64,000 bases of DNA from Phycisphaerales bacterium (lineage in GTDB: Bacteria; Planctomycetota; Phycisphaerae; Phycisphaerales; UBA1924). The first letter of the stretch is position 1; each line of letters begins with the position of its first letter. The stretch is taken from the NCBI GenBank assembly GCA_040902425.1, contig JBBDXI010000070.1:259-64258 (forward strand), read 5' to 3'. The notes under the pieces are model-generated. The model did not search any database, was not told where the DNA came from, and saw only the letters and a program-made list of their open reading frames with translations. Positions 47,629-56,840 of this stretch are shown piece by piece. The position numbers and the translations under genes were made by a program.

Positions 47629-47665
47629 GAGCAGCCGATACCCTCGTATCGGCTGCTCTGTTTTT
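47629..47665 (+). terminator. Rho-independent terminator
   Basis: GAGCAGCCGATA (47629-47640), loop CCCTCG, TATCGGCTGCTC (47647-47658), then TGTTTTT. Confidence 0.8.
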
Positions 47666-47704
47666 CGCCCCTGCACCCGGCACGGTGCCCGCGGAGACCC
47701 GTGA

Positions 47705-49756
47705 ATGCCCCAGCGGACCGCCCAGCGCATCCTCCTCATCGGCTGGGATGCCGCCGACTGGCAGCTCATCGACCCCCTCCTCAAGGCCGGCCAGATGCCC
47801 GCCCTCCAGGCATTCCTCGGGGGCGGCGTCCGCGCCTCGATCCAGACCCTGAACCCCGTCATCTCCCCCATCCTCTGGAACTCGATCGCCACCGGCAAAC
47901 TCGGGGACAAGCACGACATCCTCGGCTTCATCGAGCCCGACGGCAAGGGCAACGTCCGCCCGGTCTCCAGCACGTCCCGCAAGGCCAAGGCGATCTGGAA
48001 CATCCTGAGCCAGAACGGCCTGCGCTCCACGATCCTCGGCTGGTACGCGAGCTGCCCCGCCGAGCGGATCAACGGGATCGTCGTGGGCGACCTGTACCAC
48101 CACAGCGCTCTGGAAGACCCGGACACGGTCGCGTTCGATGAACGCGCGATCTGGCCCGCGCGCCTCATCGAGCCCCTGGCGGGCCTGGTCCTCAGCCCCG
48201 GCGATATCACCGGTCAGACGGCCAGTTTCCTCGTCCCAGAGATCGCCTCCCTCGACCACGAGAAGAGCCCCTTCCCCGGCGCCCTCGCCCAGCTCCTCGC
48301 CGAGGCGGGCACCCTCCACAACGCCGCGACCTACCTGCTCGAGCACGAGCCGTTCGACTTCATGGCCGTCTACTACCCGACGATCGACCACTTCGGACAC
48401 GCCTTCATGGAGTTCCATCCTCCGGCGATGGACCACAGCGACCCGGAGAACGCCCGCCTCTTCGCCGGCGTCATGAACGCCTGTTACCGCTACCACGACC
48501 TCATGCTCGCCCGACTCCTGCATCTCGCCGGGCCCGACACCATCGTCATCATCATGTCCGACCACGGTTTCCACAGCGGCCCGCTCCGCCCCCGCCTCTT
48601 CGTGGACGCGGACACCGGCAGGCGCACCGGCGCCGGCATCAACCCCGTCGCCTGGCACCGCCCCTACGGCATCTTCGCCGCCCGCGGCCCCGGTATCCGC
48701 AAGGGCGCTGAGGTCAACGGCGTCACGCTGCTCGACATCTGCCCCACCCTCCTCGCCATGCTCGGCCTCCCCGTCGCCGACGACATGGACGGCCGCCCCC
48801 TCCTCCAGATCTTCGACAGCCCCCCGGAGGTCGCCCGCATCCCCACGTGGGAGGGCGAGCACCCGGAGGACGGCGTCCACCGCGGCGGGCAGGCCGAGGA
48901 CGCCTACTCCCTCCAGGAAGTCCTCAAGCAGCTCGTCGACCTAGGCTACATCGCCGCGCCCTCCGGCGACCAGCAGCAGCTGGTCGAGACCACCCTCCGC
49001 GACCGCAAGGCCGTCCTCGCCCAGGTCCACCTCTCGGCCGGCCGCTACGCCCAGGCCGAGCGCCTCCTCCGTGAACTCGTGGCCGAGCACCCCAACCCCC
49101 GCCACCGCTCCCGCCTCGCCATGGCCCTCATCGAGCAGGAGCGCTTCGACGAGGCCGCCCAGATCCTCGAAGGCCTCGCCGGCGAGCCCACCGAGGCCCC
49201 CATCGCCACCCTCATGCTCGCCCAGATCCACTTCGGCCGCGGCCGGTACGACGAGGCCGCCTCGGTGCTGGAGAAGATGGCGGCCCACGGCATCCGGCTC
49301 CCCGCCATCTACACGCAGCTCGGCCGGGTGCGCCTGCGGCAGAACCTCTGGCCAGAGGCCCAGCGCGCCTACGAGGAGGCCCTCCGCATCGACCCCGACG
49401 ACGCCGACGCGATGGACGGCCTCGGCGTCGCGCTCCGCAACCAGGGCCGCGCCGAGGACGCCGTCTACCAGCACATGAAGTCCGTGGCCCTCGACCCCAA
49501 CCGCGCCATCGGCCACCTCAACCTGGGCATCGCCCTGGCCGACCTCAAGCAGATCGACTGGTCCATCCGCGCCATGGAGACCGCCGCCCAGCTCGCCCCC
49601 GACGCCCCCCAGCCCCACCGCTTCCTCGCCCGGATCTACGCCAAGGCCAGGCGCGACCTTGACAAGGCCCGCTGGCACGCCGCCAGGGCCCTCGAGCTGC
49701 GCGCCGCAGCCTCCGCCAGGATTCGCGAAGCCACCATGCGCCGCGGCCACTGGTGA
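47705..49756 (+). CDS. Alkaline-phosphatase-superfamily (nucleotide pyrophosphatase/phosphodiesterase-like) domain fused to C-terminal TPR repeats
   Basis: The N-terminal half contains LLIGWDAADW and IIMSDHGF. The C-terminal ~270 aa are TPR-like (for example AQRAYEEALRIDPDDADAMDGLG). Confidence 0.7.
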   Translation: MPQRTAQRILLIGWDAADWQLIDPLLKAGQMPALQAFLGGGVRASIQTLNPVISPILWNSIATGKLGDKHDILGFIEPDGKGNVRPVSSTSRKAKAIWNILSQNGLRSTILGWYASCPAERINGIVVGDLYHHSALEDPDTVAFDERAIWPARLIEPLAGLVLSPGDITGQTASFLVPEIASLDHEKSPFPGALAQLLAEAGTLHNAATYLLEHEPFDFMAVYYPTIDHFGHAFMEFHPPAMDHSDPENARLFAGVMNACYRYHDLMLARLLHLAGPDTIVIIMSDHGFHSGPLRPRLFVDADTGRRTGAGINPVAWHRPYGIFAARGPGIRKGAEVNGVTLLDICPTLLAMLGLPVADDMDGRPLLQIFDSPPEVARIPTWEGEHPEDGVHRGGQAEDAYSLQEVLKQLVDLGYIAAPSGDQQQLVETTLRDRKAVLAQVHLSAGRYAQAERLLRELVAEHPNPRHRSRLAMALIEQERFDEAAQILEGLAGEPTEAPIATLMLAQIHFGRGRYDEAASVLEKMAAHGIRLPAIYTQLGRVRLRQNLWPEAQRAYEEALRIDPDDADAMDGLGVALRNQGRAEDAVYQHMKSVALDPNRAIGHLNLGIALADLKQIDWSIRAMETAAQLAPDAPQPHRFLARIYAKARRDLDKARWHAARALELRAAASARIREATMRRGHW

Positions 49757-49796
49757 GCCCCGTCCTTCCCGCGCGACGACATACCATCCGCTCCCA

Positions 49797-49882
49797 GCCG
49801 GAGTGGCGGAACTGGCAGACGCGACGGACTCAAAATCCGTTCTGGGTGAAACCAGGTGTGGGTTCAAGTCCCTCCTCCGGCA
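49797..49882 (+). tRNA. tRNA-Leu (anticodon CAA), long variable arm
   Basis: Hand-folded: acceptor GCCGGAG/CTCCGGC, anticodon arm ACGGA-CTCAAAA-TCCGT, 17-nt variable arm, T loop TTCAAGT. There is one T:T mismatch in the T stem. Confidence 0.85.
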
Positions 49883-50117
49883 CTTCACGCGTGCCCGCCG
49901 GGGGCGCCCCGCACGGGGCGCTGGCGAAACTTCACGCGGCCCCGGGCTGTCCCCGGACCGCGCCGCTGTCCGTTGGACCCGGCCGGCCCCCGGTCTACCA
50001 TTCCCGCCCCCCGGAGAGCCCCAGAGGCCTCCAGAAACCGGGCCACACGAACCGGGCCAACGACCTTCCGGCCCATGCGGGCCCGGGCGGCCCCAACAGC
50101 CAAGAAAGGCGAGAGAC

Positions 50118-50444
50118 ATGAGCCAGAACGCCGACCCCAACCGCCAGATCCAGCTCCGCATCGACGAGAGCCGGATGAGCACCACCTACGCCAACACCAT
50201 CCGCACCTCCACCATGCCCGACGAGCTGGTGCTCGATTTCGGCATGAACATGCCCATGCCCAACCCCGAGGGGCAGACCATCCTGCTCTTCAGCGTCGGT
50301 TCCCGCGTGGTCATGAACTGGCCCGCGGCCAAGCGGCTGGCCATCAGCCTCGGCCAGGCCGTCCGCCAGTTCGAGGAGCAGAACGGCGAGATCAAGCTCC
50401 AGCAGGGCGGTCAGGGGCCCGGCGGGCCCCGGCTGGCGCAGTAG
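50118..50444 (+). CDS. DUF3467-family protein
   Basis: Contains QIQLRIDES...YANTIRTSTMPDELVLDFG and AKRLAISLGQAVRQFEEQNGEI, which matches my memory of the DUF3467 pattern. Confidence 0.8.
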   Translation: MSQNADPNRQIQLRIDESRMSTTYANTIRTSTMPDELVLDFGMNMPMPNPEGQTILLFSVGSRVVMNWPAAKRLAISLGQAVRQFEEQNGEIKLQQGGQGPGGPRLAQ

Positions 50445-50478
50445 GCGCGGCCCGCAAACACGGATCCATCTTGACAAG

Positions 50479-50502
50479 GGCTCGCCCCGCGGCGAGCCTT
50501 TT
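50479..50502 (+). terminator. Rho-independent terminator
   Basis: GGCTCGCC, loop CCGC, GGCGAGCC, then TTTT. Confidence 0.65.
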
Positions 50503-50581
50503 CCGCGCGCGGCCCGCTCAGTAGCGGAGGGGACGCCGGGGTTCCAGGCATCCGTCGGCGTCCCGAGCGGTACAGTCATTC

Positions 50582-51727
50582 ATGGCACACTCAGTTCCGC
50601 CCGTGCGGCTGGTCATCGTGTGGTTGGTCGCCGCGCTCGTGTGGACCGGGCATGCCCCCCGGGCGGCCGCCGAGCCGCCGCCCCACAGAGGTGGTCGAGA
50701 CGCGGACCACTACCCGCGTGACGGGACTCTCAAGGAGGCCGGCGAATGGGTGTGGCGCGAGTGTGCCCGGCGTGCCTGGGCACGCCTTCCGCCCGCCACC
50801 GGAGCAGCCTGCAGGACGGTCTGTGTTTTCGTCGAACCGGGAGTTCTACCGGCAGAGGAGTGGGGCTGCCTCGCCGAACGGTGCCGGGCTGCCATCGCCA
50901 ATGGCCCTCGACCGGAGCGACTGGAGGCCCTCGGTTTCGTCTCCTGGACCCTCTCCCAGGCGGCCTCGGGCGACGCCGCCTTGGTGGACCGCATCCCGCC
51001 GGGACTGGTGGACGCCGTCGCAGCCGCCCTGGAGAGCGACGATCTCGAGACGCGGCGGGCCGCGGTGGGCGCCTCGTTCCATGCCGTTCGCCTGTCCCGC
51101 GAGCCGCACGCCGTCATACCCGGCCTGATCCGTGTTCTTCGGGCCGAGGACGCCGTGCTGCGGCGGACCGCCTCGAGCGCCCTGTCGGGCATGGCCTTTG
51201 AGAGGGACGCTGCGCCGTTCGGACCTCACCTTCCCGAGGTTCTGGCGGCCATGCTCCGGGCCCTGGACGATCCCGAGCCGCAGGTCCGCATGCACGCGTA
51301 TTCCGCGATCGGCCAGATGCGGGATGGCGCCGGGGCCGCGCTGCCGACGCTGATCGAGCAGACCCGCCACGACGACCCGATCCGCCGTCGGCAGGCGATA
51401 CGCTGCCTCCAGAACCTGGGGCCGCACGCCGCGCCGGCGCTGCCGGCCCTTCAGGAAGCGCTCACGCACGCCGACGCGCAGACGAGGATGTCCGCAGCCC
51501 TGGCGCTCGGCGCCCTGGGCGAGCGGGCCTGGGTGGCGGTTCCACGCCTGACCGAGGGCCTGGACGATCGGAGCGAGTACGTCGCAATGTACTGCGCGCG
51601 AGCCCTCGGCGAGATCGGGCCCGGCGCCGCGGCCGCGATGCCCCGCCTCCGCGCGGCGGTGGCGCAAGACCCCGAGGCATTCAGCGGCTACGGTCGAATG
51701 GCCATCGACCTCATCCGTCCGCGGTGA
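50582..51727 (+). CDS. Secreted HEAT/armadillo-like repeat protein
   Basis: It has a signal-like N-terminus and repeated '..R..A..ALG..G..A..A.P.L' units in the C-terminal 220 aa. Confidence 0.55.
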   Translation: MAHSVPPVRLVIVWLVAALVWTGHAPRAAAEPPPHRGGRDADHYPRDGTLKEAGEWVWRECARRAWARLPPATGAACRTVCVFVEPGVLPAEEWGCLAERCRAAIANGPRPERLEALGFVSWTLSQAASGDAALVDRIPPGLVDAVAAALESDDLETRRAAVGASFHAVRLSREPHAVIPGLIRVLRAEDAVLRRTASSALSGMAFERDAAPFGPHLPEVLAAMLRALDDPEPQVRMHAYSAIGQMRDGAGAALPTLIEQTRHDDPIRRRQAIRCLQNLGPHAAPALPALQEALTHADAQTRMSAALALGALGERAWVAVPRLTEGLDDRSEYVAMYCARALGEIGPGAAAAMPRLRAAVAQDPEAFSGYGRMAIDLIRPR

Positions 51728-51911
51728 GCGCGTGTGAACCGTCAAGACGACACACAGACCGCCGTTCGCGAGACCTTCGTCGATCGGGCTTCAGGGCAGC
51801 GCCGTCCTGCGATCCGTCGGAATCCGGCAGGCGTCGCACGGTCCGGCGCGCATCGTACGGCCCGTGCCACCGTTCTGACGGCCGTCGATAAGACCGACGC
51901 TCGCCCTCCGT

Positions 51912-52208
51912 TCACCGCTCAACCAGCGGCGCCGCGATCACAAACCCCGCCGGCCCCCCCGCCCCGCTCCGCCCCTTCCGCAGCAGCCCCGCCAGCTCCA
52001 GCTCCGCCATCCCGCCCTGGATCGTCGTGATCCCCAGCCCCGTCTCCGGCCCCAGCCACTCCGCCACCTGCCGGCGCGTCCCGTCGATCGTCCACTCCAC
52101 CTGCCGGAAAATCGCGAACTGCAGCATCCCCTCCAGCGCCGCCTTTGCGGCCTCCGAGAGCCTCAGCCACCGCTCCGTTTGCACAAACCCGGTCTCAAGT
52201 TGCGGCAA
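51912..52208 (-). CDS. Small winged-helix/HTH-like protein, hypothetical
   Basis: 98 aa. The segment GLGITTIQGGMAELELAGLLRK resembles a wHTH recognition segment. There are no close neighbours on the same strand. Confidence 0.4.
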   Translation of the reverse strand: MPQLETGFVQTERWLRLSEAAKAALEGMLQFAIFRQVEWTIDGTRRQVAEWLGPETGLGITTIQGGMAELELAGLLRKGRSGAGGPAGFVIAAPLVER

Positions 52209-52553
52209 CGCACGCCTTTCTGCCGGCTCAGCCGGCCGCCAAGCTCGGACGCGCCGAGGATCGAGGGATCATAGTGCTGCACGCGAGAAGGCTGCGGGTG
52301 CGCCCTTGCCGAGGGGACCGGGCCCCTCCAATGCCGTGGACAGCCGCAACGAAGGGGCCGCAGGTGCCGCCGGAGGATCCCGCCCCCCCAACCGACACGA
52401 TCTCCCCCGACCACCACGGCCTCATCCCACTAACCGCGATCCCAGGCCCAGAGCCGGGCTCCCGAGCCCGGTCCCCGGCTCGGGACCGGGGCTTATCCAC
52501 AGCCCCCGGATTTCACCCCACGCGCGCCGGGATGAAGGTACAGTGAAAACCAG

Positions 52554-52793
52554 ATGAACCCTTCTACATCCGGCACCATCAGCCCCGAACTCCTCGACCG
52601 CTTCGAGTCCATCGCGGACATCGCCGACATCTCGCTGACGCGCCCCGCCGGGCCGGAGTGGGAGGTCACGGTCATCCACCGCACCTCCCGCGAGTCCTTC
52701 GCCGAGAGGGACCTCAGCATGCCCGACATCCTGGCTCGGGTGGTCGCCGGCGCGCAGCGGCGAGGATGGCTCCTCTCTCCCGCCGGCGCGTGA
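52554..52793 (+). CDS. Small hypothetical protein (79 aa), paralog of the next ORF
   Basis: It shares a P(E/D)L...A..S...EWE(V/M)T...GWL skeleton with 52953..53225. Confidence 0.45.
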   Translation: MNPSTSGTISPELLDRFESIADIADISLTRPAGPEWEVTVIHRTSRESFAERDLSMPDILARVVAGAQRRGWLLSPAGA

Positions 52794-52952
52794 GATCGCT
52801 CTCATACCGAGTGTGTGCGGACCGGGGCGGACCCCCGGGCGTATATGACAGGGGCTCGATGCGGCGGGGCGCGGAACGCCCGCGGCCGCGGCGTCCGCAC
52901 GTTCGATCGGTCCGGGGAGGACGAGCGGAGCAGCCGCCGATATGGAAGCAGC

Positions 52953-53225
52953 GTGAACGAGCCGCGCCCGGTGCCCAACCCCCTGCCCGATCTCTGGCAC
53001 CAGCTCCAGCGCCTCGACACCGTCGCGCACGTCTCGATGCACACGCTCTACATCCACACCGGCTCCGAGTCCCACGCCGAGTGGGAGATGACCGCCAGGC
53101 TCAAGGACAGGCCCGGCGAGCCCGCCATCGTGGTCCAGGACCGCTCGGCCCTGCGGACGGTGACCGCCGCGCTCGCCGAAGCGGTGAGGCTCGGATGGCT
53201 GGCCGAGCGGCCCTCTCAGCGGTAG
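52953..53225 (+). CDS. Small hypothetical protein (~90 aa), paralog of the previous ORF
   Basis: The GTG at 52953 is in frame within the listed 52815..53225 ORF. The shared skeleton is as for 52554..52793. Confidence 0.45.
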   Translation: MNEPRPVPNPLPDLWHQLQRLDTVAHVSMHTLYIHTGSESHAEWEMTARLKDRPGEPAIVVQDRSALRTVTAALAEAVRLGWLAERPSQR

Positions 53226-53265
53226 CGGGTAGCCCGGGCCTCGCCCTCAGTAAACTGCGGGACGG

Positions 53266-53955
53266 ATGCCCACCCACCTCCGCGCCCTCTTCATCGGCAA
53301 CAGCTTCACCGCCCGAAACGATGTCCCCGCCCTCATCGCGGCCATCGCCGAGTCCAAGGGCCACACGCTCTCCGCGCGCCTCATCAGCCGGGGCGGCGCC
53401 TCCCTGCGCATGCACTACAACGGCCGCGATGCCCTCCCGGCGATCCAGCGGGGGGGCGGCAAGTTCGACACCGTCATCCTCCAGGAGCAGAGCACCCTCC
53501 CCGTCAAGAACGCCGCCCGCATGCACGAGAGCATCCGCCTCTTCGACGCCCCCATCCGCGCAGCGGGCGCCCGCATGGTCCTCTACCTCACCTGGGCCCG
53601 CCGCCACTCCCCGGAGGCCCAGGCGGCCATCACCGACGCCTACACCTCGATCGCCCGCGAGCTGGGCGCCACCGTCGCCCCCGCCGGCATCGCCTGGGAG
53701 CAAGTCCTGAAGGCCCACCCGCAGATCACGCTGCACGACAAGGACCAGAGCCACCCCACCCCCGCCGGCTCCTACCTCGCCGCCTGCACCCTCTTCGCCG
53801 TCCTCTTCAACGAGAGCCCGCTGGGCGCCCCCGCGCCAAGCTCGCTCGACCCGAAGCAGGCCGACGTGCTCCAGAAGGGGGCATGGCACGCCGCGAACGC
53901 AGAGCAGACGAAGCAGCAGGCAAAGGAGAAAGGAGGCTCATCCCCGGCGCGATAA
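53266..53955 (+). CDS. SGNH/GDSL-like hydrolase
   Basis: Block I is LFIGNSFT, and block V is DQSHP (DxxH). Confidence 0.65.
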   Translation: MPTHLRALFIGNSFTARNDVPALIAAIAESKGHTLSARLISRGGASLRMHYNGRDALPAIQRGGGKFDTVILQEQSTLPVKNAARMHESIRLFDAPIRAAGARMVLYLTWARRHSPEAQAAITDAYTSIARELGATVAPAGIAWEQVLKAHPQITLHDKDQSHPTPAGSYLAACTLFAVLFNESPLGAPAPSSLDPKQADVLQKGAWHAANAEQTKQQAKEKGGSSPAR

Positions 53956-53967
53956 CAGCTTCAGCCG

Positions 53968-54771
53968 TCACGGCGTCCCGTTCGGCCTGTAGTCCCCGTC
54001 ATCCCACCGCCGGATGGTCGTCAGGTCCCGCGCCGGGAGCAGCCGCGCGTGCCCGTCGAGAAACACCGCGTTCGACCCGTTCCCGTGCCGCTTCGGCGCG
54101 ATCCGCTGGATCTGGGTCGGGCTGTTGGGCTGGCTCCCGGTCACGTTCGGCTCGTGGTGCAGGTCGTAGTAGACCGCCAGCTGCCGGTTGGACTGACCCG
54201 CGAAGTACCACGAGTTGGCGTGGACCGACTGGGGGTCATCCGCGAAGCACGCCAGCCACACGCAGTCGAACGGGCGCGGGTAGCGGCTCATCTTCGTGGC
54301 CTTCTTGGCGATCGAGTTCAGCAGCCCCCTGGCCCGGAAGGAGAGCCCGTTGTCCACGTAGTGGATCGCGTGCCGGTCGGGCTTGCGACTGGGGTCCTTG
54401 TAGTAGGGCGCCAGCGAGTACAGCTCCCGCCACCCGCCCGGCAGCACCATCGCGTCCTTTTCCGCCGCCGCCTCATCCACGAACGGCCGCAGCACGTACG
54501 CCCACTGCGGGTTGGCCGGCTGCGTCGGGTGCCCCGGCCACTGCTCGCTCGACCCGCTCTCGCGGGGGATGTACTCCTTCTGCGATTCGGCGTACATGGC
54601 CGCGGCCACCCCGATCTGCCGCTGGTTGGAGAGGCAGACGACCTGTCGCCCGGACTCGCGGGCCTTGGCCAGGGCGGGGAGGAGGATTCCGATGAGCAGC
54701 GCGATGATGGCGATGACCACCAGCAGCTCGATGAGCGTGAACGCCCGGGGGCCTGAAGGCGAGCGCCGCAT
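53968..54771 (-). CDS. Prepilin-type N-terminal cleavage/methylation domain protein, DUF1559 family
   Basis: Contains [26 protein letters not shown] and a C-terminal [14 protein letters not shown] (H-X9-DG-like). Confidence 0.88.
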   Translation of the reverse strand: MRRSPSGPRAFTLIELLVVIAIIALLIGILLPALAKARESGRQVVCLSNQRQIGVAAAMYAESQKEYIPRESGSSEQWPGHPTQPANPQWAYVLRPFVDEAAAEKDAMVLPGGWRELYSLAPYYKDPSRKPDRHAIHYVDNGLSFRARGLLNSIAKKATKMSRYPRPFDCVWLACFADDPQSVHANSWYFAGQSNRQLAVYYDLHHEPNVTGSQPNSPTQIQRIAPKRHGNGSNAVFLDGHARLLPARDLTTIRRWDDGDYRPNGTP

Positions 54772-54822
54772 GGCTCCAGATGATACCAGACCGCGCCTCC
54801 CCGCGATGCACGAAAGCCGCGG

Positions 54823-56202
54823 CTACCTGGGCGTGTCCATCCACGACTTCAGCAGCAGGTACCACGTGCGGGCGCCCTCTCCCGCGCGCCCGTCGTTCAG
54901 AAACGCCCACCTGCCGTAGTCGTCGCCTGACCCCGGGCCCGGCGTGTACCAGCCCTTGAACCCGGCCCACTGCCCGGGCTTCGGCAGGGCGATGAAGACG
55001 CCGTGTTTGCCCGGCTCGAAGCCCGCGTACGCGCCCATGCCGAAGGAGGCGAGGATGAAGCGATCGATCCGCTCCATGGCCGCGCGGGCGGCGTCGCGCG
55101 AGGGAGTGTCGAGGGCCCCGCACTCCGCGGCCCGCTGGCAGAGCTGGTAGAGGTCCACAGCAGCGCCGCCGTTGCCGTAGGTCATCAGGGGGCCGCCAGC
55201 GGTGCGGAGGCCCAGGAAGGTGTCCTTGGCTGCGGGGCCGGCGGCGCTGAGGGCCGCGGCCAGGGCATCGACCGCTTCCTTCACGGCCGCGGCCTCGCGC
55301 AGGTCGTAGGCGGCGGCGGCCTCGTGGGAGACGTTGCGGCCGCGGCCGGCGGCGGCCTTGCGGCCGAGTTCGCCCTCCTCGATGACGAGGGCGCCGAAGT
55401 CGGCGGCGGTCATGATCGCGGGGTCGAGCGGGGGCTGCTGCGCGTTGCTCAGGTGTCCATCCGAGCGGATGCGGGCGAAGGCGCGGTGCCAGTCGAGCGG
55501 GGGGCCGGCGTTGGGGATGGCGAGGAGGACATCGGCGGTGAGGCCCTTGTGCGGTGCGGTGCTGTCGCTCGGGGGTCGCCACTGGTAGGCGATCTCGATC
55601 CCGCCCATGTTGCAGAGTTCGAGGGCGAGGAAATCGACGTGGCCGCCGGCGCCGATCTCGTGGGTGGCCTCGGCGATTCCCATGTGCCGCCCGCTCTGCT
55701 CGTCGGGGCACATGGTGCGGCCGTCGGCGTGGCTGTAGATGAGCAGGCAGTAGCGCTTGGCGGGGGACTGCTCCTTGCCCCAGGCGATGAAGCGGCCCAG
55801 CGTGGTGGCGTCGGCGGAGTCCAGCTCCGTCTCCGAGTACGTCGTGAGCTGCGGCATGTGGCTCCCACCGGCGAGCCGCTCGGCCGATTCCTTCTTCAGC
55901 CGGTAGAGCCGGCAGCCGGTGAAGTCCTCGCCGAGGACCTTGGCATCCGTCGAGTACTTCTCGTGGCGGTCGATGAAGAGGAGAAGGTCGAGGCCGGGGT
56001 CGTCGTCGATGGCCTTGCGCACGCCGTCGAGGAACCCCAGGATCGGGCCGTCGGCGTTGTTGTCGGCCGCGCCGTAGACGAGGATGGTCCAGGGTTTCTT
56101 CTGGGGCGCGGCGGCCCGCGTCGCGGCGGCGACATCCTGGGCGAGGGCGGGCGCGGCGAGGGCGAGCAGGAGGGCCGCGGCGAGGAACGTGGTGGGGGGC
56201 AT
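54823..56202 (-). CDS. Secreted clostripain-related (C11-like) cysteine peptidase
   Basis: It has a signal peptide and WTILVYGAADNN. The candidate catalytic His is in LLIYSHADG and the candidate Cys is in LALELCNMGG. Confidence 0.65.
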   Translation of the reverse strand: MPPTTFLAAALLLALAAPALAQDVAAATRAAAPQKKPWTILVYGAADNNADGPILGFLDGVRKAIDDDPGLDLLLFIDRHEKYSTDAKVLGEDFTGCRLYRLKKESAERLAGGSHMPQLTTYSETELDSADATTLGRFIAWGKEQSPAKRYCLLIYSHADGRTMCPDEQSGRHMGIAEATHEIGAGGHVDFLALELCNMGGIEIAYQWRPPSDSTAPHKGLTADVLLAIPNAGPPLDWHRAFARIRSDGHLSNAQQPPLDPAIMTAADFGALVIEEGELGRKAAAGRGRNVSHEAAAAYDLREAAAVKEAVDALAAALSAAGPAAKDTFLGLRTAGGPLMTYGNGGAAVDLYQLCQRAAECGALDTPSRDAARAAMERIDRFILASFGMGAYAGFEPGKHGVFIALPKPGQWAGFKGWYTPGPGSGDDYGRWAFLNDGRAGEGARTWYLLLKSWMDTPR

Positions 56203-56471
56203 GGTCGGCTCCGGGCCGGCTCCGCTCGTGCCGGGGGTGGTGCGGGTGGCAGTCTACCGGGGTGGGCCGCCGGTCTGGCAGGCGGGGGCGCGATTCGGGG
56301 CCGCGGGGCGGGGATCGGGGCAACGGGGTTGTTGGGCGACGTGGCACCGGCGTTGCAACCCGAGTTGAGCGATGAACGCTCGGCCGCGGCGGGATGCCGC
56401 GGGCGTAACGCGGCTAGGAATGCTGCGAGGAGCATGTCATGGTGACCACTTCGCCCGGCTCAGAGACAACG

Positions 56472-56840
56472 ATGGTCCGCTGCCCCGCGTGCGGGGCGGT
56501 GAACCGCGTGAGGCAGGAGCGCGTCGATCACGGGCTCGCGCCGGTGTGCGGGAGGTGCAAGGCGACGCTGCCGGCGGGTGGACGCGGGCCGGCTGACATG
56601 GGCGGTCGAGGTCCGGCCACAGGCGGGACGCCTGTGCCACTGGCCGACGGCACGCCGATCACGGTGACCGACGCGACGTTCGCGGCCGAGGTGGAGCGGT
56701 CGGCGGTGCCGGTGCTGGTGGACTTCTGGGGGCCGTGGTGCCCGCCGTGCCGGATGATCGCGCCGGTGGCCCCCCCGGCGCGTCCCAGCTCAGCCAGTAC
56801 CCGCCGGCCCAGTCGTGCACCGCCGGGGGGCCGGTGGTGA
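56472..56840 (+). pseudogene. trxC: Thioredoxin (Trx2/TrxC-like, N-terminal zinc finger), 3'-truncated
   Basis: Contains MVRCPACG...CGRC and [19 protein letters not shown] (WCPPC at 56736-56750). This is followed by about 30 non-thioredoxin codons, and none of the three frames continues a Trx fold. The 3' part is antisense to the convergent ORF 56659..57858. Confidence 0.5.
56618..56642 (-). repeat. 25-nt palindromic element inserted in frame in the thioredoxin linker
   Basis: The minus strand reads CAGTGGCACAGGCGTCCCGCCTGTG, identical to 19964-19988. It encodes ATGGTPVPL in trx. Confidence 0.75.

Noticed and set aside
49883-53260. Possible genomic island integrated at tRNA-Leu
   Set aside because: There is no integrase, recombinase or phage gene, and no downstream repeat of the tRNA 3' end. 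DUF3467 and HEAT-repeat genes of normal GC content lie in between. Only the small-ORF cluster at 51.9-53.2 kb looks accessory.
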